From positions 23,506,858 through 23,570,857 of the forward strand of contig CM119264.1 of the NCBI GenBank assembly GCA_051294375.1: 64,000 nt of DNA, given 5' to 3'. The DNA is from Paraspadella gotoi. Lineage: Eukaryota > Animalia > Chaetognatha. Made by a program: the position numbers and the translations under genes. Under the pieces are notes generated by a model that made no database searches, was not told where the DNA came from, and saw only the letters and a list, made by a program, of their open reading frames with translations. Positions 39,389 through 54,456 of this stretch are shown here, piece by piece (position 1 is the stretch's first letter; every line of letters begins with the position of its first letter).

Positions 39389-40446
39389 CTTCTCTTGACA
39401 TGCTTCAGTTTGTTATTCGGGTTTTGTCGCAACGAAAAGCTGCCATATTCTTTGTAATTTTTCAACTACAAAACTAAGAAGGATCAACGAAAGGCAATTT
39501 AGAACTGATTAAGCTTCGATGCCTTTAAACGCGGATGAAGAATGTTATTTACAAAATAAAAAACAATGCGGGAAATACGCCTCATAATGACAGCTTCGGA
39601 TTTTTTATTTCTCAAAAAGTTACAATTATTTGTCGCCGGGCCATATATTCGTAATACAGAACTACAAAGAGGCGTACTAATTATCTAATTTTACTGACAA
39701 ATTCAAATGTTTTAAACAGGATTTAAGTCTTGAATCATGCTTAGGAATTTGGTTTTATTTTACAACTAAAACGACACAAAGTCGACAGAAGCGGATCATG
39801 TGTGGGCAACTCCCCAAGACCTAAACAGGTCTGTAACAACAGCCAAGCAACAATTGATTGACAAAGGGTCAATATCGTCAAAAACTTCCTTTGCAGGAAA
39901 CAAAATATGAGCAACTTCGAGAATTTCAAAGTAGCCTTAAACAAGGCTTTTTTGAACCAAAATACAGTAGTAACGGAATTAATCACTGTCGTTAATGGAT
40001 TAATCGCTTTACCTAGTTGAAAATTAAGCAATAATTGTCAAATGCATACATTACTCGATAACCAATTTGTAACCTCTACGCCTAAAGTGGTAAGTACCTA
40101 TAATAAAATTTAAAAAACAAGGCAAGGAAAAGGGACTAATTTCCTTTAATCGTCTGAAATATCTAAAACAGGTTTCCCTTAAGGAAATTATAATCGCTAA
40201 TTTAAACGAACAAGTCTTGAACAAAACGAACCACAAAAATCAACATCTACAGGAAATAAAGATTATATCAAAAACTGGAAGCGATGAAAACGAAAATTTG
40301 TATCCTTTTTGCTTAAAGGTCATCAAATAAAGAAAATAAACGAAAATCTTTCAGAAAAATTTTACTCCCAAGACAATCGTCACCCGCGAAACTAATTAGA
40401 GTGCATTCTTCGGAATCTACCATCTCCCGGTAGCTGTCTCTGGCTT

Positions 40447-42911
40447 TCATGAAAATGAAACTGAACGATTGGCCTTTCCTCTGCCAATTAATCTCGACGA
40501 TCTTGACATCCCCTTGGCCAAAACGACTGATTTGGGCTTTCCGCCCTTGGGCGAGGGCTTAACGAAGAGCTCCGAGTCGCCGGCACCGACCTTGACGGCG
40601 CCCGCTCCACGCACGGCCAGCTTTGGCGAGGCGCAGGGCGAGTAGCTCCGCGTGGTAGGAGACTGCAGCGCGAACCGCGAGACTTTGGGCGATGGGGAAT
40701 TCCCGGTGGCCTGCTGAAGTTCCTCTAACTGGCGGGCCAAGACTTGATTGCGGAATCGCTCGGCGTTGAGCTCCCGCTTGAGCTGAGCTTTGGTCTTGTT
40801 GACATAAGGGCAAAGCGTAGGATCGTGCGCCAAATCCGCCGAGGAGGGACGCGCCGTCGGATCTGGTCGGATCATCGAGGACAGCAGCTCAGAAAGCCGC
40901 CTGGTGAAGGTGGGCGGCATGGGCGGAAGTTTTCCATCGCGAATCGACTGCCAGGGATCTCCGTTCTTCGGCAAGTCCTCCAGTGTGGCGGCCTGCCACG
41001 CGGTCAAAGAAAGTGCGAACACGTCGGCCTTGGGCAGGTGTTCAGAGTCGTCGAGCAGAATCTCGCGTGGAAGAAAGCGGCAATCGCCGTCCTCGACGCG
41101 AGGGCGCGCCGTTGAAGTCACGTGCCCCAAATCACCGATCTTGTAGGTGACTTTCACGTTGGCGCCGCAAACGTCGTCTTCGTCGTCCGAGTGATCTTCG
41201 AAGGACGGCTCGGCCGAAGGATCCAGAGGGTCGAATGCTGGCTGGAGGCAGAGGAAGATATTGGCAGGCTTGATGTCGAGGTGCACGAGGTTCTGGGCGT
41301 GGATGTACTTTAGCCCCGTAGCAATTTGCAGCAAGATCTGCTTGACTTCCGTCTCGGGAAACGAATCTTTAGAACGGGACTTTCGGGCGATGACCTCGGC
41401 TAAGCTGCCGCCGTTGCAGAACTCGTTCTGGATTAGCATGTGGCCCTCCTCTGCCCAGGCAGAATAGTAACGCACTACGTGAGCGTGCTTGCCCAGCACG
41501 GCATGTGCGTAGACCTCGTTGAGCGCCGTTTGCTCGTAGGCGCTACCGGCGACTGGACGGATGCTGCGCTTGATAGCGTAGGTGCAGCCGTCGAGGCGGT
41601 TGATGCAGCGAAAGACGCTGCCGAACTGGCCAGAACCCAACTTGCAGACTTCGTGGAACTCGCTCTCATAACGGGAGACGGCGCCTGCGGAGAGCGTCGA
41701 ATTGGCGCTCGAGTTGCGGCCGCGAGGGCGCGTAGTCGCCTCCTCGGCCGATGAGGGAACGGCGAGGCGCTTGGCCGAAGGACCGCGGTTGAGGACGCTT
41801 TCGGCGAGGGCGTCTTCGTCATCGCTGTCGACAGCTCCGCCCTCCATGTCCTCGTCCGAGTCTGGCCCCGCAGAGGACGAGAGCGAGGAACGAACCTCAA
41901 GGTCGCGTTTGCGACTCTTTCTGACTTCGGCGGCGAATGAAGCAGAGGCGTCGCTAGTAGGATTGTCGGCGTCGTTGGTGGAATCGTCGGCGGCGTCGTG
42001 GACAGGCGTTACCGAGAACCTTTAAGTTGAGAACATAGTATATTTTTGATTGATTCTAATCGTGAAAAAAAAAAACAATTGAATTACATAACTGAAAATG
42101 ATATTTTATAATGAAGAATAAAAATACTTAAAAAAAAATTAAAGGGACGTCTAGCAAACCTGGAGATGGCCTTGATGGCCTGAGGCGTGAAAGGATTGAC
42201 ATTAGCGGGTCGCGGTCGCTCGCGAGACCAGACAGGAACAGGGCGAATCCGGACGGAGTTGATTGTCGGCGTCGGCGGCGGGAAGGAGGGAACAGGGCGG
42301 GGCGAAGTCGGGGGCGAGGAGCAGGGCGAAATGGGTACGCTTCGCAAAGGCGGGGAGGATGAAAGACCGCGGTCGGGAGGCGGGCCCTTTTTTTCTTCTG
42401 CTTTGGACATACGACGAAGAAGGCTCTTGGGCGTGTGGGGCGTATCGAAAAGGCGCAATGCGCGGAGTTGCTTGCAGTGGGGTGGGGTGGTGTTATCAGC
42501 GTCCATGGGCCGGGCCGAATCATGGCCGTTAGCTAAAATGTAGGGCGGTGAAAAGCCGGAGGCGCCTGTCGAGCGAGCCGCCTCGAATCCTTGCGAGGAA
42601 CCACTCGTTTCGTCGTCTGCGACGTAATCTGTGCCGTAAGTGGCGTCGTCTGCGCGGCGCGCGTTCTTCGGGGTTCCGTCCGTGGTGTTGGCTTCGCCAC
42701 TGGATGAATGCCCGGAATCCTCCTCCCCGACGTCGACGCCGCGTTTGGGCGACGATGGTAATGCCGACGAGGATCGCGACGTGCTCGGGAAGAGAGTCCG
42801 CACGTTGAGCGAGTTTTGATTGGTATCCATTTCGTAGCGGAACTTTTGCCCGAAAAAGCAGGACGAACGCTTGCGAGGGCTCATCGGAGGACTTCCAGGT
42901 ACGTCTTCCAT
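40447..42911 (-). CDS. WEE1: Wee1-like tyrosine kinase; two coding exons 42911-42160 and 42019-40447
   Basis: Wee-box RALRLFDTPHTPKSLL; NVNPFTP; SRYESEFHEVCKLGSGQFGSV; EVYAHAVLGKHAHVVRYYSAWAE; HLDIKPANI; YKIGDLGH; C-terminal RSVSFS. The GT-AG intron 42159-42020 keeps the frame. Confidence 0.97.
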
Positions 42912-43289
42912 GACTAGCAGCGTAATGCGTAAGATTTAAACCGTTTTCTTAAGTTCGAATCGATTGTATTCGTTACGCGCAATCATGGCGCGACCTGCAA
43001 TAGGAAAAGTAAAAAAATATACGAAACATTAAATTATAAACGGAAATCATGCGTCTCCAAACGAGACTCTCGGTAGAGGTTATAATTATTTAAACATCGA
43101 GTGACGAAATAATTACAGGTAAAAACAACGAATAACACTGACAAGGAGCGGCATCAAGTCTAACAAAACATGTTCAACAAATAAATTAGAAATACTAGGT
43201 AAAATAGATAAATTTCTTTAAAAATTCGACGTTAAAAAAATTGTTCTCCCCGAAGGGGAAACCGCCGCGTTGCTGAATGACTTTTGATT

Positions 43290-43400
43290 AACAATGTTGA
43301 TTGGTTGGTTACAAAATCTCTTCTCGTTGATTGGACGACTTGAAAAATTTGTTTTCCATTGTAATGTGGCGTCGTCGTCATCCTTTCCTCTTTCGCCGGG
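43290..43400. promoter_or_regulatory. Putative bidirectional WEE1/GTPBP1 promoter with paired CCAAT boxes and an E2F-like site
   Basis: GTTGATTGG twice (ATTGG at 43300 and 43330) and TTTCGCCGGG at ~43391, between head-to-head genes. Confidence 0.4.
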
Positions 43401-44065
43401 AGGTGCTGCCCTCTGATGAGGCCAGTACATAACGATTAAAATACAAAGAGAAATTAGCTTGTTATTTTGTTTCACATTTCGGATATTCAGTAAATAAATT
43501 ATATTCCAAATAAGGATTAACTTTTTTGCGTTACGTGGATCTTTGATTCTTCAGTTTATTGTTTTGATTTGTTTTTATGGGTCAATGACTTTTACCTATT
43601 TATATTCAATAACCAAGATAACAGACCAATGATTGCTTGAGATATGGCTTTGTTCTCCTGAAAGGGAAATAAAACCTTAAAGGGAAATAACCTGACGAGG
43701 TGAATTATTTTGTGGTTATCCGTTGCTTTTACAAGAGTTATAAATAAACGATAGGAACCTTTAATTAGCATTTTAGGTTATCTTTGTGTTGGATTGTCAC
43801 GATGGGTTCATGTTTCAGTTCGCGAAAGACATATTTCGCAATGCATCAATTCTTTTGGCTGATGCAATACGACGACACGGGATAAAAATACTATAAAAGG
43901 ATTTTTGTAGTCTCTTTTCTATTGTTTTTTATGTTCTCTTGCAGCAAGTATGTTTTTTTAAGTTTTTTGGGATGAAATACTCGGCAAACAATACAAACTT
44001 ATTAAGAACAATGGATCAAACAATTTAATCAATCGTCACCTAGCCTTAAAACTATAAGTGACATC

Positions 44066-45823
44066 ATGGCTGGAATGCTGGAGGATATGGAATGCCAGGG
44101 ATCCCTCGGGACGCCCGGCAACATGCCCGCGTTGGCCGGCGGTTTGTTTCAACCACAACACCTAAGCTCAACGCCAAATTCCGAAGTGATCAATAACAAC
44201 GCCAACGGAGAGCAAACTCCCAACGCTTCATTTATGTCCGTAGATCCACTTGGTGAGTGAAAAAACATGGTAAAATTAATGACTTATCTGAGAAATCAAT
44301 AGAAAGAAAATATCTTAATCAGCGCTAAAAACGGCTCTAGTCAGCCCGGATGAAGAAACATTCGAGGCACTTCGAGTGAAATTGGAAGCTCTGCTGAAAA
44401 GCGGTCAAGGGGAAACCATATACGAAGTTGGTGTCGGGACGTCCGGGAGCGAGCCGGGATTGGCTGGGGTAAATTCGACATTTGAATTGTTTTATTATTA
44501 ATAATATTATATTGTTAATGGTAATAATAATAGGAAGAACTAGATGCTTCGATCGCAACTCTTCAATCACTTGCCGTCGCTTGCGACGCCGACTGTCGCC
44601 TATTGAGAAAGCGAGTCACTAATGGAGACAAAGAAATCGCTCAGTTTCTAATTAGAAAGAAAATGGACGACACAGATTTCATGGAGGTTAAAGGAGTTTT
44701 TTTGTGTAAGACCAACTCATCCAGTATTTAAATCTGAAAATATTGCGGAACTCCCTCAGGTTCGTGTGGCTGTGGTTGGTAACGTCGACGCTGGGAAATC
44801 GACTTTGCTTGGGGTTTTGACGCACGGGATCTTGGACAACGGAAGAGGGCTGGCGAGGCTCAAGTTGTTTCGGCACAAGCACGAGGCCGACTCGGGGAGG
44901 TAAGAATGACTTCAAATTTAGTCCTGGAGTTTAAACGGTTAACTTCAAAAGTTTCTTTATTTCGAAAAAAAAAGAGAAGAGCAATATTTTTTTAACTCCC
45001 GACAGAACATCTTCAGTCGGTAACGATATCTTGGGATTTGACGCCGCTGGAAATGTCGTCAATGAATGTGACTCCCACGGTGGCATCCAGGATTGGACGG
45101 CGATTTGTCAAAAAGCGGCGAAGGTGATTCCTTTAAATTTAAGATCGACTGGCTTTTTTCATCCTAAACAATGTAAACATTTCAACAATGTTGCTTCTTG
45201 AAAGGTGATCACATTCATTGATCTGGCGGGTCACGAGAAGTATTTAAAGACCACTATTTTCGGGATGACGGGTCACGCCCCCGACTTTTGCATGCTGATG
45301 GTGGGCGCCAACGCCGGTGTCATTGGGATGTGCAAGGAGCATCTCGGACTCGCTTTGGCGCTTTCAGTTCCGGTTTTCGTCGTTGTCACCAAAATTGGTA
45401 AATGGTGCTCATTCTTTTCTTTTTTATAACACCATGAACCTTGTGTATTTTTTTTTCGGATGCTCCCCTTTATTTGGTCGATGTCTCAGTTAAAACATCG
45501 AATTATGGAATGTGCAAAACAAAAATTATTTCTGTTCCCTCTTAGCTCTAAACTAGAGTTACTCAAGCACCACAATGACCAAAAGTGCTACAACTACCAC
45601 AATGACTGCAGCAAGCACAACCACTACAACGACCACAACCACCGGAACTACCCCAACCATAAAAACAAGAACCTTAACAACAAACAACAAAACAATTACA
45701 ATGAGAACAACTACTACCATTATAACTATCACAACAACTATCATAACCACCACAACAACTACAGCACTTACTATTACAGCAAAACTTTTTTCCTCTTCTA
45801 GAAATTAAAACCACAGATAACGA

Positions 45824-45867
<44 letters not shown>

Positions 45868-48204
45868 ATAATTGCATTCAACGACAATGTAATGTATAAA
45901 GATTAGGACCTCGCCTTATCAGTGAAATGTCAACCACAACTACTAAATTATATGTCAAAACTAAAGCTAAACACGTTTTATTCTTAAGAAAAATTTACTC
46001 ATTTATAATCTTGTTAATAATAAAATAACCATTGCCTGGCCAAAAATACGGGCAAGATAGCTTTTTATTTAAATGAATAAATAATCTTTATATTCTTTGT
46101 ACCAATTTCATAATATAGTAAAATTTATCATGTCTCATGAACTAATTAGCTAAATTAACCCGATCAGATTCGACATTTTTTGCCAAAACATGTTTTCTTT
46201 ATCTCCGCTCAGACATGTGCCCTCCCAATGTTCTGCAAAGCACTCTCAAATTGCTGCAAAAAATTCTGCGGTCTCCCGGCTGCAGAAAGCTGCCCATTCT
46301 AGTGCAGACTAGCGACGACGTCGTCATGACGGCGACCAACTTCACGACCGAAAGGTAAACGTCGCCTTTGACTATTGACTCAATGTCATCGAGATCAGTT
46401 GAATGGTTTTGAGTGGATGACTTTTTTTTTCCTATTCCCCTCCTTTCTTTATTTAGGATTTGCCCGATTTTTCAAGTTTCTAACGTGACAGGCGAAAACC
46501 TGGATTTGCTTCGTCAGTTTCTCAACATTCTCACAACGAGGCTCAATTACGACGAAAACGACGCCGCTGAATTTCAGATCGACGACACCTACACTGTCCC
46601 AGGTTTCATCGCCATTTTGTCAAACGTTAGTTAGTCACTGCTTTATTATAGTTAATCGTATTATTTCTTTTACTTGACAATGCAGGCGTGGGAACCGTAG
46701 TCTCGGGAACCACGATGAAAGGAACTATCGCCTGCAACGATACCCTCTTGCTGGGACCCGATCCGCTGGGGCATTTTCAACCTCTCTCCGTGAAAAGCAT
46801 CCACCGTAAAAGGCTGCCAGTCACCGAAGTCAGAGGAGGACAGAGCGCCTCCTTTGCTCTCAAAAAGGTTGGTTCGTCGTAACGAGAGTGTAATTTTGCG
46901 TTTGCTTGTTAGTGATTACTTAAACCGTTGCATTTTTTAGCAAGTCAAGCGCACTGCTATTAGGAAGGGTATGGTGCTAGTCTCTCCACACACGCTGCCG
47001 CGAGCGTGTTGGGAGTTCGAGGGGGAGCTGCTTGTCTTGCATCATCCGACGACGATATCGGCTAATTATCAGGTTTTTAATATTTTATTGGTCTTTTATG
47101 AAATTGTTATGACGGTCTTTCGGTTCGTTTCCTTTGAATTTAGAGACAATAGAAAAAGAAAATTGTTTTGTTTTGTTTACATACAACAAAAATTTAATTA
47201 GCGCTGATGAAGGCTGACAATCTTGCCCATGTACGTTTTCTCTTTGTGAATTAAATTTCTCTGTATGCAAACAAAACAATACAAATTCTTTTTCTCTTGT
47301 TTTAAAAAAGAAACTATTTTTGGAGTGACAAAAATTAAAAGTAAATAAAGATTGATTGATTAAATTTTCCTGTCGCATCATCTTCACCCCCCACACTTCT
47401 TTTTTTGCCCTTCAGGCGATGCTTCATTGCGGCTCAATCCGTCAAACAGCCTCCATAGTGACGATGTCAGTTGATCACATGCGGACGGGCGACAAGGCGA
47501 CGGTTCGATTCCGTTTCCTAAAAAATCCCGAATATCTCCACGAGGGACAAAGGCTCGTGTTTAGGGAAGGAAGGACGAAGGCTATCGGGTAATGAGAAAT
47601 TCTAAATATATATCGACAAGAACCAGTTCAAGGAAAAAACCAAGCGATGAAATTTTCGTTAAATCCTTTTTTTTTTTAAATTTCATTTTAGCTCTGTGAT
47701 AAAGCTTTTGCACGACGTGAAAGGCGCGCCTCTACACACGTCGAAACGCAAGCACCACACACGAAAGTACGCTGCCGGCGCGAGCGGAGGCGTTAAGTCG
47801 GGCGAAAGTTCCGAGTCGAGGTGAGCGTCGATCGATTAAGTAATCAATCACTGGCTTGATCAATGAATCGTTCAAGCAATCATCCTATAAATGAATAAAT
47901 CCGCTGTCCAACTGTCTTCTGTCAAAATTTGGTTTTTCTTCCATTTTCTTTTTTAACGTTTTCATATTAGGAGGCAATGAAAGGTTAGTTTTCTTCGGGA
48001 TTCCTGTAAGAAACTAAGCATCAAGTATATCGCAGCAAAAGTATACTAATAACGTATAATTATGCTTATAGGTCAACTGGCAAGAGAGGGGCCGGCCGAC
48101 GGAAGAAGAACCGAGTGACTGAGGGAGGCGGAGTAGGAAGTGGAGTAAGCGGAGGTGGGGGCGGTCATGGCGGCGGTTCACCCGAAGCACCGATGCAAAC
48201 ATGA
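44066..48204 (+). CDS. GTPBP1: GTP-binding protein 1 (translational GTPase), multi-exon
   Basis: [29 protein letters not shown]; [13 protein letters not shown]; [22 protein letters not shown]; [17 protein letters not shown]; VGTVVSGT; [12 protein letters not shown]. Stop at 48202-48204 when the 47971 micro-exon is skipped. Confidence 0.95.
45560..45870. repeat. Intronic degenerate (ACA/ACT)n and (GAAA)n repeats
   Basis: Simple repeats inside the GTPBP1 intron between TKI and DMCP. Confidence 0.85.
47200..47237 (+). ncRNA. Decayed minimal hammerhead-like motif (GAAA missing) in a GTPBP1 intron
   Basis: AGCG-CTGATGA-AGGC..GCC-[GAAA absent]-CATGTA-CGTT, flanked by ~50-bp imperfect inverted repeats. 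Confidence 0.45.
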
Positions 48205-48963
48205 TAGATCGTCGTTTGCTTTCATTTCATTCCCGCCATTTCCATGGGAACGTATATTATATATTATATATTATAATTCGTTTAAGTCGCTCTTTCGCTG
48301 TTCTGTATTTTTGTTTCCTTCTTTTTCGTTTTTCTTTGGTTTTTCGTTTTATCCAGGTTTTAGCGTATTCGACCTTCGTCATGAATTCGTCCCCATTTTC
48401 ATGACCCTCCTTCACGGTAGTTGTCTTTTCGGTTCTAGTTATGTCACGTTTAGTGTCACGCTTTGTGATGCTCTGTCATTCGCTCTTTCATGAGACTTCA
48501 TTATTTCAAGATATATTTTGAGTTAAAAACGTATAAATATTATAAGTCTGGTTGTGAAAAACCAGATAATACGAGAAAAGCTAGAAGAAACTAAAACTAT
48601 ACAGAATGGCAAAAATTAGATTGTTATGCCTTTGTGAGAAGTTGTGAAATTAAAGGTTAAGATTTGAAATTTATTAAAAAGTTATGGTTATTTCATACAG
48701 TTCTTGAAGAACTCTCACCACAGCTTCTCGAATCTCGATCTAATACATGCCTGTTGCCCATCTGTATAATTTTACAGTAAAAATAAAGATGATAAACTCA
48801 AAAAAACCTAAATTTGTTTTTAGTCTTCTGATTTTGATGAAAATGAGAACAGTCAATAACTGTATCGCCGTTAACAATGACTATTTCATCTCATTAAATG
48901 TCTCGTCTATTTATTGAACTATGTTTTTAATTGATTACTATTGACAGTTTATAAGCTAAACAA

Positions 48964-49006
48964 AACGGACATATTTCGGCTTTAGTTGCAAGCCTTCTTC
49001 AGCGTT
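48964..49006 (-). ncRNA. Minimal type I hammerhead ribozyme (Penelope-like-element type)
   Basis: Minus strand: AACG CTGAAGA A GGCTT-GCAACTA-AAGCC GAAA TATGTC^ CGTT. Stem I is AACG/CGTT, stem II is GGCTT/AAGCC, stem III is very short and near-palindromic, and the cleavage triplet is GUC. Confidence 0.65.
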
Positions 49007-49046
49007 AAACAATTTGTGAATTTTGGACAGTTTTTTGTGTGAAAGA

Positions 49047-49103
<57 letters not shown>

Positions 49104-49924
49104 CAGAGAGAGAGAAAAATAATACATTTCAAATGTACAACAAATAAAGTTTTAAACTAAATAAACAGTTATTAACAATTAAATAAATAAATAATTTTGA
49201 GTGGAGGTGAAAATGAAATGTGAAAGTGAGAAAATAAAAAAAATTCGTTGTAAAACAAAAACCATTTTGCCTCAATACATAGAACAACGAAAAGAAAGGT
49301 TATTACCAATAAGCTAAACAAAAAAATGTACTCGAGCTCAATGGTTTATGGTAACCTACACTACAAAATTAAAAACAAATCTAAAAACAAAATTGTTTTT
49401 TGACAAAAAGTATGAGAGTGACATATGTCTATGAGATCCCCAAAATAGCTCATATTCAAAGTGTTACGCCGTAGTAACTTCATTTATCACTACATAAATA
49501 AGAAACATTTACAATAGACAACTAAAAATATTTAGACTAAGTATTGTAGATACTAGAAGGTAAGTTTGAAATATTATTCAAAGTTAAGTAACCTCAAAAA
49601 TTTTTCGTGAATCAAAATGAGTCATTATCTTTCTTTTTCCATTCATATTGACACGCTCTCAAGCCAATTGACCAATCTAATGCAATTGGAGAAGATCCTT
49701 TGCATCACAATGGATGTTTTTCCGTTAATCTCCAAACACTCGACTAGAAAATATCCTTCTGGCTTCTCTTCTTAAAGCTAAAAAAAGGAAAAAATACTTT
49801 AACAAAAAAAATTGTCGATAAAATTTGATTATTTGGTTCAAATATCAACTGGTATGTTAAATTTAAAATTATATAGATCATGATAATTTTTTTGCTAAGG
49901 TAATCTATTACTATAATTTTCAAG

Positions 49925-53774
<3,850 letters not shown>

Positions 53775-54456
53775 TTCAGTCACTTGAATTTTGGGTGAAA
53801 ATTCTCATTCTGTTTAAAAATTGAGGGTTTTTCTTTTAAAAAATTTCCGTCTTACCTGTGCAAAAGAATGCAAAGAATTTTAATATCATCTCAATAATAA
53901 ATTAATATTATAAGTTTTAAAGTTGAATTTTGTTTCGGTAAAATTTCACTTTCGCCGACCGGGGTTTTGGCGTCTTTTGAAAAAAACTATTTAAAAATAC
54001 ATATTATTCCAAAAAATAGAAAAATTAATGAACCAATTAATTTATCAATCAATCAACTAATAAATCAATTTATTTATCATTCAATGTTAAAAGAACTAAA
54101 TAATTAATTAATCAATCAATTAAACAATGTCAGTGTTATGATTATCGTCATCGCCATCATCGTCGTTACTTTTGTCCTGGTCGGTGACCTGACAAAAAGA
54201 CCTAAAACAAATAGGTTTGTTAATACCTGATATGAATTTCATTTAATTAAATAACTCGTTAATTAATCAATCAATCATTCAATTAATCATGACGGTGTTA
54301 TGGTCGTCGTCATCATCATCATCATGGTCGTCGTTTCTTTGTCACAACGAAAAGACGAAAAGTTTGAGCAAACAAAGCCGGAACTGATCATTTAATCAAC
54401 TATTTAATAATGATGTAAGTAAATTGCCATCTGCTGTTGGTCCCTTTTTCTCCAAG

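Noticed and set aside
43410-43450. CTGATGAG hammerhead core
   Set aside because: No stem II or correctly placed GAAA follows.
45460-45877. Thr-rich or Asn/His-rich ORFs
   Set aside because: Simple repeat in a GTPBP1 intron; the flanking exons join in frame without it.
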